A DNA stretch of 64,000 bases, taken from assembly GCA_973895155.1 (NCBI GenBank), contig OZ316898.1, forward strand, positions 4,154,480-4,218,479, given 5' to 3'. The stretch comes from Marsupella aquatica. Taxonomy: Eukaryota; Plantae; Marchantiophyta. The stretch's first letter is position 1. Every line of letters begins with the position of its first letter. The translations under genes and the position numbers were made by a program. The notes below the pieces were generated by a model. That model ran no database searches, was not told where the DNA came from, and saw only the letters and a program-made list of their open reading frames with translations. This document shows, one piece after another, positions 25,118 through 38,307 of the stretch.

Positions 25118-26987
25118 GGTGTGTCGAAGGTGGGCAATCAGGACCTTGAGTACCTCTTTCGTTTCTGCCATTGCTCCAATCCGTATAAATTACGTTGCCC
25201 CTTCGTAGTCTCGGCTCAATTCAATAGAGGATCGGTGGGTTCGGTGTTGTAACGGGCACAGTCACCTCAATCCGTGGATCGATGACTACAATAGAAGTGG
25301 TCCAGATCAGATTAACTTCAACGCTTGTGTCCAATCCAGAACAAAAAAATGTAGAAATGGCCCGAGAGGTCTTCAGATTGTAAGCGCTAGTGTACAGCGT
25401 CATCAAGCTCAACAAGCGCGTCTAGAGAGTTCGAAATTCAATGCTGTCAGTTGTACAATCTTAGAACGAGAGATTGTGGAAGTCCGTCGAGATCGAAGCT
25501 CAATCTACAGATTGTAATCGCTGTGACTTATATACTACATCTGGTAAGCTCTGAAGTACAGTATACAGGATGCGAGGCCACAATGCTCTGATACTGTGTA
25601 TGATCAATACAAGGTCACAACGCTTCCACGAGACCCTCTCGTTCAGATTGAAACCGTTGGCAATATGGTTATGGAGTACTAATGTATTAAAAGCGCACAA
25701 CATAACTGTCCTCGACCAGAGAGGTTCGATTAATCGATGAGAGAGAGACCCTTTTGTGTTGTCTCGTTTACGTGCGTTTGAGTCGACGAAGAGGATTGAA
25801 GTCAGGAAGAAGAATCTGTCCTGGACCGACCGGAGCTTCAATGCGAAGAGAGAGCGAGGTCAGGGGGAGAGGGGAACTCATGCTCGTCTGTTGGCTTAGC
25901 GTTTAATGCTCGAGTCCTTGCCCTGGTGCTGCTGTCTCCTGCACCGAGATCGAAACGGAAGAACAATAAAGGCGGACGACAACATTGCAGTACCGCCTTG
26001 CTTCTTGTCACCACGCCAACAACAAACTACTCGAAGTGCTCGCGCTCTCTCACTGAAGCAGAGCAGCGGCAGCAGAACTGTCCGGGTGTCTGGTCTCTCT
26101 CGTTCACCGTATCGCTTCGTTCCATCACAGTAGTTTCGATCGAAACACAATCAACCAATCGCTCAGACAATGACAACAACACTCCATACCGGCTATGGCA
26201 CCCTCTCACCCCACCCGCGCGCTAACTTCGGGACGGAAAGTCGTTGCGTAGACAGACAGACAGAAAGACAGACAAACAGACATCGGTCTCTCGATTCTGC
26301 TCAGTACAGCAGTACCGCGTCGACTACTGTACAATCTTAGTGCCTGGAACTGGTCCTGATCAAGAACTTAAGTTACTGCTGAAGTGCAGCTACATGTGTG
26401 AATGCTTCCATCGACGCCACTGTACCGATTCAGTATTTCCTACAGGAATACCTGATTTGGAGATGGCAGAGCAAGGTATCATTCTGCACAGTACGCAGAA
26501 GATGTGTTTCTCCAGCAAAGCTACAGTAGAGTGATGTGGGTGGCAGGGGCATGCCCACCGGGTCAATGTCATCTACTCAACAGTACCGGAAACCTCGGTA
26601 CAATCCGTAGCTTGAACGAATCCCTGCGCTTGTGCTGGTCGATCTGTCGACGACCGATCAAAGCAGCAGTGGTACAATAGTAGAGAAGAAGATTAAAAAG
26701 CGATTTCGGTATTTTCGCTGCTGCCTGGTCTGTCGAAAACTTTAGAAGCTTTCGGTGCAGTTAGTTATAGAACAGAGGGATGGGATGGTGTACTGTTCAG
26801 ATAGCTAGTAGTACTTCACTGGGAGGGTACCCGTGCGACAACAGTGAGGAGCAGTGACTACAGTAGTTGATGCAGTACGCTGATGAGATGCTCCACCACC
26901 GTCTGAGGGGATCTGAATCGAGTCAGACCGAAGGCTGGCATGCCCCAATGGACGGGCATGTCTCGAGTGAGGATTGTAACTGCCCTC

Positions 26988-26990
<3 letters not shown>

Positions 26991-27030
<40 letters not shown>
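26991..27030. repeat. (GA)n microsatellite
   Basis: Pure GA run of about 20 units. Confidence 0.95.
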
Positions 27031-27034
<4 letters not shown>

Positions 27035-27840
27035 CGTCGAAGCCTGGGCAACATTGCGCTGATGTTGCAGTTGCTGCTGTGAAGCTTCTGATGATGCATT
27101 AAGCCAAAAGTGAGGAACTGACTGTGTCAATGTGTCATACAATGTGCTCTGTTCTGCTCCATCAAGCTACCTGCATGTCCTGGAACAGTACATACTGCAG
27201 CTTAAATAAGTGAAACAGTGTGTTCGAGCCAGAAAACTTTACGAAGGCCCATGCCATCTTTGATTAATTTGCGGACTTCACGCCTATGTAACTGTTGACG
27301 GCTGCAGAACCACGCTCCGTGCCGCGCCATCTCTCTTCCGGCCTCCAGAGATAGTATGAGAATTGATAGAGTCCCGAAGAAAGCTCAATCCTCGGATCTG
27401 AATCCTCAAGCCGAAGATCCAGGCCCGCTACGTCAAAATGCACTGTGCAGGCGTAAAACTACAGAAGCTATCACAGAAATCGGATGCACCACACTAAATA
27501 ATTTGATGAGGCAGTTCTCTCTTACGAGCAGAAAAGAACCACAGAACTCAGATGTGACTGGAATGCCCGGAAGCTGATACGATCGATGCCTGCTGGGGTG
27601 GGACTTTGAATACATGACATCAATAACTTTCTATGGAGCTCTGAAGAGAAGCCAAGAATGACCCTAGAACTATATTGCACGAGATACTGCACATTCAACT
27701 TACTGTAGAGGAGAGAAACTGCTCACGAGTCGATACGTGTATCGTCAGTGCTCACCACTTCAGTGACGTCCAGTATGATGCGGACGCTCTCGTAGAAGGT
27801 TACGGCATCTAGATCGACGACGGTAACTGCACATCAAAAT

Positions 27841-27982
27841 ATGACATATACATTGTACGACATCTCTGTATACCGTGATAATCCTAGTTTTTTCCTTTCA
27901 ATCAATGAATGCATGACATATACATTGTACGACATCTCTGCATACGGTGATAATCTTAGTTTTTTCCTTTCAATCAATGAAT
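27841..27982. repeat. 72-bp tandem duplication
   Basis: ATGACATATACATTGTACGACATCTCTG...TTTCCTTTCAATCAATGAAT at 27841 and 27913. Confidence 0.9.
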
Positions 27983-28619
27983 ACAACCACATTTTGATGT
28001 GTGATTACCAGCAGGGATCGACGACAGCGCCGGACTGGCATTTCTGGATTTGGAGCACTGGGGCTCAAGTACCGTAATGCATTTGTGAACTCGATAACCG
28101 GGAAAACCGGTGCTTAGGACCAGTACCGTCATGCGTCTATTAATTACGTCCTCCGAATCTGACGGTCATGGTCGGATACTTATTAACACTATGTGAAAAT
28201 CTCGTCCACAAGATCTGATTTAGTACTTGGTCTACTTAATCAGTGTATTTTGAGAAAGGTACTTTAAGTGAAGTTACCTGACCCAACTTCGAAATCAATG
28301 CCGCTCTCAGGATATCGAAAGAGTGATCCAATTGGTGACCTCATTAGTACTGAGTGACTCAATCCGTCTGGCCTGGAATTGCTCGTGACGGGAGCCATGA
28401 CCGTAAGTATGATTGTGTTGGATGCGCCAGGTTGAAAGCCGGCAGGAAGAGGGCTCTCTAGCCTGTGTCCCGGGAAGCTTTCAGCGCACCATGCAGGTCT
28501 GTTCACAGACTTGAATCGGTGATAAACGTCATGGGCCAACTGAAACTTGCCCACGCAGAGACATTTCGTCTTGTTTTTAATCTTCATGTATTACTTCATA
28601 AAAACCAGAGACATAGTTC

Positions 28620-29390
28620 AAACTTGTCCATCCGCGCAATCTCTCTCTCTCTCTCTCGACTAGTAACTGTCTCCAAGTCTGTTTGGACATGAGATACCGA
28701 CTAGTAACTGTCTCCAAGTCTGTTTGGACATGAGAGCTTCGGAGTGGAGGTGGAGGTGGGTTTTCATTCCATCCTAGGTCCGCAGCTAAGTTCCGGGCTT
28801 GTCCATTTCGATTTTTGCTAATCATGATTAGATGAAATCTCGACTTGAGTTTCTTGTCCCTTTCAGACTGTTGGCAGGCCTCGACGTATCATTCAGATTA
28901 TGGGTCTCTTATTGTTAGACCGAGACAATTTCGTCTCTCCTTGGTGATCGAGACGATATTTGTGGCAGGTCCATCAGCCTTGTTCAGGGTTGCTACAATT
29001 TTGTTCGTTAGAATTGGTCCTTTCTAATGTTGACTAAACTGCAACCTAAACTTGTCAGTCCATCCGCGCAATCTTCCGCTCTCTCGCGGGGTATCCACTA
29101 AAAACCTGTCTCCAAATGTATTTGTTTCAGAGGTGGAGGTCAGGTGAGTTTAAGATCCATCCTCCGTTCGCAGCTAAGTTCCAGGTTTGTCAATTTGGAT
29201 TTTGCTGATCATGACTAGATGAGATCTCGAATTGAGTTTCCTGTCCCTTTCAGGCTGTTTGCAGGCCTCAACGTATTATGATTATGATTCTCTAATCGTG
29301 AGACCCTCGATAACTTCTTCTCCTTGGTGATGGAGACGAGAATTGTGGCAGGACAGCCTTCGTCAGTGTTGCTAGCAATTTGTTCATTTT
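28620..29390. repeat. Diverged ~430-bp tandem duplication with an internal ~41-bp duplication
   Basis: TCCATCCGCGCAATCT...GCAGCTAAGTTCC...TTGAGTTTC.TGTCCCTTTCAG...CTCCTTGGTGAT.GAGACGA occurs from about 28620 and again from about 29050. Confidence 0.8.
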
Positions 29391-32300
29391 CTCCTAAACA
29401 GCTCTCGAAGAGGGTGCGAACAAATGAATGCCTTTGTACCTTTTCCGAGAAACAAGGCAAGATTTTCGTTGCTCCATTCAAATATAGTGTACTGTCTCAC
29501 ACCTACATAGACTCAAATACTTCTTCAAAAGGTCTTGGTGATGCACAATGGAGAGAGCATAGATTCCTTTCTTGTAGGAAACGTACCTGTTCTGGAGCTC
29601 TCCACCCGCACCGAAAGAGCGCACATGGCTTGACTTTGCCTCTCCTCCCAACGGTAGTCAGCAATCTCCTCCATACCATATAGCGGATTAATTTGAGCTT
29701 GGCGTCCAGTGCCTGCAATTTCAGCACTCTCTCCGGCTTATGAGAGGAAACCTAGTCGATCGAAGAGAATGACGATAGCCAGAAGCCATGGACGAGGAGA
29801 AAACAGTAGAGCCGATTGGGATTATAGTTCAAATCTTGGGCAAAAAACCACCAAGAGCCCAACCATAGCTTCGCAACTTTAGCAAATGAAAGTACAGATC
29901 TGTTCGCCAGTCTGTCGATCGTTAGTAGTTCTCTTTTTGAATGAGGTTTTGGAGAGATCGAGGGGGGACATAATGGATTGTCTGCTTTTTTCTTTTCGCT
30001 ATGGCAGACATTATTTTATGGAAATGAGATCGACCAGTATTTAATTGTAATGTTAGTGAGATTGTTAGGGGAGAAAATGCCTATCACACCAAAACTGGTT
30101 GATCGGTTGATGTCTGTGGGCGAAAGTAACTCGACACGAGTGTCTGCAGCTCCAGACAACGATCTCGCGCATCATCACATTGCTGAGTTGTCAAAGTAGT
30201 ACGATTGGTTTATTGAATCATTACATCGCAGAATTAGGTAGCTACTGAAAGATATTGTGAACCATGCTGATGCACTTGATGGAGTTTCGTGTAATCTTTC
30301 AAGACAAAAGAAAAACATATTGTGAATCTCCATTCTGAATCATAACAAGTGCAGTCTGTAGATTCAACCATGATGGGCCAGTCGGAGGCAGTCAAAATGA
30401 TTATGAACAGAGGTCCTCAATGATATCTTATCTAGCAAAAGTTGCAGTCAATCATGGGGCAAATATGTAGATTGTGGGGATGGAACGTCAAAGAAGAAAG
30501 TCAGAGGACTCCTTTCGAAGTTGAGAGGCACAGTAAATATGTGACAGTAAACATTTTGAGTGAACTCGTTCTATCTTCAGGTTCTGTCTGCATGCTGCTA
30601 AATCACTGTAGGAACTCAAAACTGTTGTTTCCACCGGCCAGCCAGTTAGAGGCAACATTATTTTTTTCCCCTGACAATCTTCTGACTGCTGCCTTACAGG
30701 CGTACGACATTGCAATTATGGTCTTGCCTACACAACAGACACACTTGACAAATGTCTTCCACACAAGTTTCGCTGCGCCGATCAAGCTCCTTCTGCGAAT
30801 TCGATCGGCAGGAGTTGCAGACGGGCCAGTAGTGCAGGAGCCCTGTTGGCGAATGAAGGTCTAATGGTTCAGTTGACCGTGAACATGCCGAGACTGGGAT
30901 AGGCTTCCAATCAATGCGAATTATTGCAAAGAGCGATGGAGAATGAAATGAGAGCATTTATAAATGAGAGCATACGTCTGGACTGCGACTCCTCTAGCCC
31001 GCTCTGACATAGAGAATGGATGATAGATGAGTAAGTTACTCGATGGGAGGTCCTTGTAACATTGTGACAATCACAGCGAAAAATTGGTGGACGGATAGCC
31101 GCAGGATACCGAATTAGAATGCAAGTGATACTTACAACAGCAGTAGCTGGCGAGTGGAGAATGAAGGGACCCATTCTTGCTTCTGTAGTGCATCTGGACC
31201 CAAATAATATATAACATGTTTATCCGACAGTACTGTTACCAGACTCACAAGGCAAAGCTGGACCTACCTTGATAAGAGTGATCACTCTGCCGAAAATGGA
31301 GGTTGCTATTTTTGGCATTGAAAGAGAGCTTCCATTCCATGTAGAAATGGTGTTGTTTCTTTCATTCCAGGAAGAGGGACACAATCAGAAACTGAAATGT
31401 CTGTAATGAGCACTGTCGTTTTTCTTCCAAATGGTCGAGATAGATTGCTGAGTGGCCAAAACGTTGCTTACGGTGCGGTGGCTACGACATGAACTTTCGG
31501 AGTAAAGGATAAGCGAAATATTCCAAAATTTGGTAGAAACTTTCTGTGTATGATGATCGTGTCCGAACGAAATATGGAGAAGGACATCATACTGTAAAAG
31601 GGACTGCCATAACGCCGCGGAAGCTTTGATGAAAGCTACTCTGGTGGTCATTGGGAGTTACGGTAGCTGTAGCTACAGAAGTAGCCTGCTTAGCTTACAG
31701 GGAGCCTGGGTATCCATTCCGCAACAGACCTATGGCAACAGTAGACATGCTGATTGAATTCGTATTCAATTTAGTAGAGCCAGGTTGGATTATTGATTGC
31801 AGTGAAGTAGAACTGCCAGTACTACTTGAGAGTAGAATCACGGTCAGATGAGATCGTTGAGCGGAGGTTCCTGACAGTGTTCACGATTCTCGATCATTCT
31901 TTATTAAATACCAAAGGACGAAATGTGGAGACTCGACAGAACTTAAATACCATTGAACCATACAACTGTAGCTAGTTGTTCCTTGAGACTGTCGATAGCG
32001 AGGAAGGTGTCTTTCAAGATCTCTTTAATCCAGCTAGAGCAGGGAGAAATTTCACTACAGTAGCTAGCTAGACAATCTCAATTTCTTGGTCCAACCCACA
32101 ACAGTAATAAAAACCTGAGAAAACTCTAACCGATTGCCAAATTATGAGCAGGATTGCACTGTTTTATTCGTCTTCCAAATCCAAATATAGACTTGAACCC
32201 AGGAGAGTTTTGGTTCAAGCAACTATGTTTACTTGAATGTTTAGAAGTGCCTGCTCTCCGCAGAGAGCCGTTTTATTGGATAGAACCCCAATCACGTATA

Positions 32301-35300
32301 TGTAAATGCTACCACAAGTTCAATTTTGCGGACCTCGGATTGATCATGGACGGATTTGAGGTTTACTCCAAACTTAGTCTCCCGCCCCGTCTAGCTACTT
32401 CGTTGACCTGCTGGCCCAGTGACTGTCTTACTTGAGACGGTAAGAAGAGTCTAGAGTACTATCTACAGACCAGCCGACCAGGCCCAGTTGATGAATGACG
32501 GACTCCGCATGAAAATGTCCACTTCAACTCACTCTTTCAGTTCCTCAATCCAGTCAATCTCAGTAATCTGGAGAATTGCCTTTAGAAGCTAGCCAGCAAC
32601 ACACACTAGACTGTACCTAGCTGTACGATTAATGATGACAAGATAGTTGGGTCCTGTAAGGGACTCAAGACTGACACCTTAATTGTACAAGTCGACTACC
32701 GTCCGGTGTCCTCTTCTCGAGATTGATGTCGACTGTAGCTACTCGATCATCTATTGTGCCGATCACGGTTATAAAAAGCTAACCCAATGAGCTTGGTAGC
32801 AGCTAGACAACACAGGTAGCTGGCCAGGCAGCTTGCCCATGATTCCGTTCCAGCCCCTACAACAGTGGTGTACTCATTCGTAGGTTCATCCTACTGTTAA
32901 TTGAAAATTAAAGGTACCACCTTGTAACCCTATTGTAGCTAGCTCGGCTAGAATGTCTGGCCGGAAGGCAGAAATATCGATACATGGCCTCGTCAGCACG
33001 TACTGGGATCATGCCTGTAATTTGCCGACGAGGCTACTAGGCCGCAAGCAAGTAAGTCGGTTGATTTGAAGTTGGTGGCATGGTCACTATCTTGCTGTCG
33101 ATCGATCAATTAATCCCAGCGAGAAAGCCTTAGTCCGTAGTGGTGGTGGTTGTGCGTAGACTATTGTAAAATGTGGCGAACTCCAAATATAAATGCAGTC
33201 TGTCTAGCTTGCAGAGTCAATGATCGAGATGAAACAGTCAGTCGCCCAATGCCGTGCACTCATCTAGCTTCCATGCCCTGTCAACCCGCCTGTCAAACGG
33301 CAGCTCCGATGTAATCTCGAGCTCGAGACAATTTGAAACTGACAGTCGCGACGGGCATGGTGGTCCGCCTTCGTCACTGGAAATATGTGTTTCTGGATTC
33401 AGTTACTTGAGGGTGGGTGCACATCTGGTTCGGCGTAGTCTTGGTTCCAATCTTGCTTTTCGTTATTCAGTAAAGCCGCAGGAGCAGGAGGACCCAGATG
33501 AACCACCTGCTTTTGCGGGACCCCTGGAGAGCTGACGGTTTCTCCCAGCATCCTATGACCACCATTGTGTATCTGCTGCTGCTGGTCAAAAGCCCATAAG
33601 GAACGACGAGGCGGCGAACTTATCTCAGAATACCCTGGCCCTAGCCTCCGATTGCTTCTGCCGACCGTGCTGCTCGTGAATGTGGAATCCTGTTTCCTGC
33701 GAACATGTATCATTTTCTCGACAGGCCGAGAACCCAGAAGAGCCGAACTACAAAACTCGGCGAAGAATCTTCGAAGTAACCTCAGGATTCCAGGTCTGGA
33801 ATCAGAGTCTACGGAGGCCTCTGAAAAGAAAGATCCCTGAAATCATCCAACATATGTGCAAAGATTAACCAGAGTCTGTTGGCAACCTATATGACAGTCC
33901 AAATGGTAAAGTAGCTAACTGTGAAAACGTACGTTGAGGTCGAATACGTACTGCCATCTATCCAATGGCAACCCAAAGTAATGGGAAAGTAGCTATTTCA
34001 AAACGTTGCATTGCTGTAGACGGACTCCTCTAGTCTGGTACCGCTAAATTGGTGCTAATGTACCCCAATTCAGGGCTGGGTCATTCCAGGATGAATGCGC
34101 CTCAAGTACTGAACTTGGTTTTATTGGAGCTAACGTTACCCCAGCTCCTAGTTCCCCTTTTAGACACTTCACTCATATGAGCTGCATTCACATGTCCTTC
34201 GTTCTACTGCGACAGACATTCGAATTCTTCGAACTAGATTTCTACCTACAATGCAAGACTTGTCACCCTGACTAAGTAAAAGCTAGGAATTCGAGCATTT
34301 TTACTAGCCTCGCCTAGAGTCTGTTCTTGAAATGACTACGAGAGAACCCGCGAGAGAAATCTGAAAATTGTTCTTGAAACGACTACGAGAGAAATCTGAA
34401 AATTTCAATCAAACGGCTTCGGCTAGACAGACCTGAGGGAGCGCCATGATTGAAAAACCTTAACATGACAGAACTTGTAAATTTTCACCTAGTTGTATTG
34501 CCGTCATGTTGAAACGCACCTTTTGTATCAAATGGGCTTCGGATTCTTGCAATGCAGGGTGAAAATTCAAGCTGTTGCGGAGCTTGATAGCAGCGGTCAA
34601 ACTGTTGCCAACGGTCACCACCGACTCACCAATTTCTGTAGAGATTGAGCACGCCAAAGTAAGCAACCAGTGATTCGAACCAATTCAACAAAGAAATGGT
34701 ATCGACGGCCTTACGTCTTCAAATCCCGATCATAGCTGTCGACAAGTCTGGTAGCTGGACCTACCCCATTGACTAATTGATCGACATTTCTACACGAGCG
34801 ACTAGCAACTTCAGCTTTGCTTGCAAAACACAGTCAACCGTACCGAGCTCGCATCTCAGTAGATAATAGACCAACATGAATCAATAGAACCAGTACTTCC
34901 CGAGGTCGGGAAAAACCTCTCGATGCAACTTGCGAGTATGTGCACCAATACAATCCTGCTCACCTTTCCTCGAGTGGCTGGCCGTTCCGACAGAAAATAG
35001 GAGACACTCTACCAGTAGAACCAGGTGAATGCAGCGAACTCTGCATCCTGCAGAAGGTTGTCCGTCTCTCCCACCGGTCAACATGGTGAAAATTCACAAC
35101 CGAGCTTCTAAACCACGCATTTACGGACTTGTCCCCACGAGTGCCTAGCTCGCTGTCAACTGCTTGTCACTGCTTCACATTGTCGTTCAAAACTACAGTG
35201 GTGCTGCAACACGTTTCGAAAATAGTCTTTTCGCTGCTTTATCCTGGCCTCCCGAGCATTTAATAGGAAGAGTCGACACTCGCCCCCAGCTGTTCATGTA

Positions 35301-38300
35301 CCACCGTGTCAGAGAAGCTAATAACTACTTCGAAAAGCTAAACACTCGATCTTTTCTCGAGCCCTCGAAGATGATACCTGCTGGATTTTAGTAACCACAG
35401 CTCTAGCTATTGCACTATTGACAAGAAGATGACCGTAGCAGTCATGACAATGTAAATGGAGACATCAAGCGACACTAAATGCTTGCGAATCTCAGTTTTA
35501 AATGTTGCTTCGTGGTCGTGTCACAAGCATTGGTTGCTTGGTAGCTTCGCAACCAGCCAGGAAGCTAGAACGCACACATGCAACAGCAGAATGGTACTAT
35601 CTATGATCGATAGTCCGAGCCACGAACTCAAGGACCAAACATTGGTGATCGACCGGATAACTGCGCGACCAAGTAGCTGGGAGGGGAGCTAAGCAGCATC
35701 AGCAATGCAATCTTCCGACCACAACCAGTCGCTTTTGACGGGTGTGTGAAAGATAGATAGATATGCTAGATACAGTGGAGTACCAACAGACAATCGAGAT
35801 GATTGTGCGACTCTTCAGAACAAGTCAATGAAATCAATAAATGGATCAAGTAATCAAATCAATGGAAGCAAAACGACAGTAATAAGAGGCAGCAGGAATG
35901 CCCTGGCAAGCAGGCAGGCAGACAGGGATGGTGATTGCGAGCGAGACACAGATGCTTGATTGATTCGGAGGAAAACTGGATGCTCCTGCTGCTGGCTCTG
36001 TTGGCGAGAGAGGAGGAGGGGGAGAGGAAGAAAGATGAAGACGAGTTGGCACAAGAGGTGCTGTGCTGGCTTGTAAGTAGTTTCATATCCCAGCGGAGTA
36101 TAAAGTACTCCCACGGGAGAGGCCAACCTTCTTCACTTTCCGTCCAAACGACGGAAATCATTCGTCAGCCGTAATACTTTACGAAGATATCCGGCTCAGC
36201 ATTGATAGTACTGTAGAGGGGCATGGTGGCAACTACGTTACTGTAGCAGCTTTAGAGGCCCACCTTCTCTAGAGGCCCACCTTCCTGCTTTCCCCCTCGA
36301 GAAAGGAGTTGTGCCTAATGGACAAATCGCTTTTGCTTCTACAAGGCCGGGTGGGTTCTCCCGTAGCTTATTTTGAAGGGCTCGAGCAGGAAGTCCAGTG
36401 CTGTTTCTGCAGCAGCAGCTGCAGCACAGAAGCAGGTCCCACATCAAAAGTTGTCGGGTACGAGTCTCGCACATGCGAGCTTTGATGTCCGGCACGTCGC
36501 CACATTGAAATCGTCGGGGTTAGTCCCCATCCTGCCCACTCCGGCAACGCCCAGATCAGATAGTCTCCTTTGTCGTCCTTGGAGCTTCCTCCAAGGACTG
36601 TTCAGGTCTTTCAGAACTTCAAGAAACCAGACATGAGCGCATCACTGTATGAAGTCGCCATTTACGTATGATTAAGCGAAGTCCTATACGATACAGTACT
36701 CTACTGTACTCAGGCGCTGGTTGTCTGCTCACCGGAGACGAAAAGTGTCCAAGCATTCCAAATTCTTCAAATACTGTCTTGTGTTTGTCAACCTCACGTC
36801 TACTTTGTCTGACTCTTCTCTCTTCTACGCCCCGAGACCAGACCACACCAGTTAAAGAACTTCCATGCCTTTCTCTTGAACGGAGAAAAGTGCTCGATGA
36901 ATCATCCATCCTGATCGCTGATAGAGTGCTGTAGTTGACCAACTTATCATTCCATTGTTTCGGGCTGTCCTTGGGGCACCAATTGGGGCACCAAATGTTC
37001 TGTCTAAAGTGAGAACGAGGAATCTGCACTGCCACTTTTCCGACCGTTTGCATGTTGTTGGACATCACTTTCTGCTCACCACGAAATTTTGTGGGGAGAA
37101 TGATCTCCACACTTCCACATAGCTGAAACTAGTGTAGTACACCAAAAAATTAGACTGCTAGCCCGAATACCTCTGCACACCAGGAAGGGCTCACAGTACT
37201 AGTCTAAATATTTAAATTTTCTGTTACCTAAGACATTACAGGCTACGGTTTCACGTTACTGAATAGGCCTTAAATAATAAAGTTTGATGGCGAATGATGC
37301 AATAGATCTCATTGGTCATATTTGAGTTGGCATGTTGTACAGTCCCTTGCCCTTGGTCTCAGTTATTGCACTTCAGCCAGATATTCAAGATCCAATTTGT
37401 CATTGACTCAAAGAAAACCTGTGGAGCCAGCCCTGGGAATCATTTAGGCTAAAATGTCTTATACCCCTGTGAACACTTCCATGTTGAGTACCCCTTATTA
37501 GTTTTCATATTACAAATTTAAAATATCCTTGAAAATTATAATTTCATCCATTAAAAACTCCCTTGAGTAGTTTATAAGTACTTTTGACACTCAATAAAAA
37601 TACCCTTGTTTCATTATAAAATGCCGCTTGTAAGGACACATGATGAGTGTACTTGTACTTGTGACTATGGGATATTTATATGATGTATCCTACAACTACT
37701 ATTTCATCTGTTCAATGTATGGACTACTATTAATCCTTACACTACACTACAAAGATAATTAACAAGTGCACATGTGGTGATGTTGCACAATTAGTTCTAC
37801 ACTGCACTACATAGATATTATCAGAGCACATGTCATGATGTTGCACAAGTTTTACACTACAGATATTATCAAAGCACATGTGATGATGTTACACAAGTTC
37901 TATGGACTACTCATGCACCTGTTTTGGAGACTAGTGACAGTCCCTAAACTGCACATCAGTTGCAAATGATGTTCAACTATTACACCAGATATTGTGTTGT
38001 TGCGTATGCTGCAAAAAATTAGGAGAGTATGTTAGAGATGAGCTTAAACATTCATAAAGAATACAATGAATATAAACAAAATTGAGATAACTCACTTTAA
38101 GATCAGGTGCAATTTCATGAATGGTAACTTCATACACCATTCGAGTTTCCTGGTTGTTGTAATATATATGTTGAGACAGCACATCATGAGTTTGCAACAA
38201 TATAATGCTACATGTTTACAATCATATGAAATCATGTCACACTGACATCAAATGACTGCAAATTCAATCAAAAGAAAGTGACTCACCAATACATTGGTGA

Positions 38301-38307
38301 ATAAGCT

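Noticed and set aside
25100-25900. Possible host gene 5' end on the minus strand (CT-rich leader at about 25880, ATG GCA GAA ACG AAA GAG then GT at about 25170)
   Set aside because: Only six codons before a putative donor, and no downstream exon is identifiable.
25900-37400. Short ORFs and possible miRNA or lncRNA loci in the host-like interval, including a promoter-like stretch at about 35850-36130
   Set aside because: No recognisable domains and no conserved plant miRNA sequence or convincing hairpin found by eye; needs folding and expression data.
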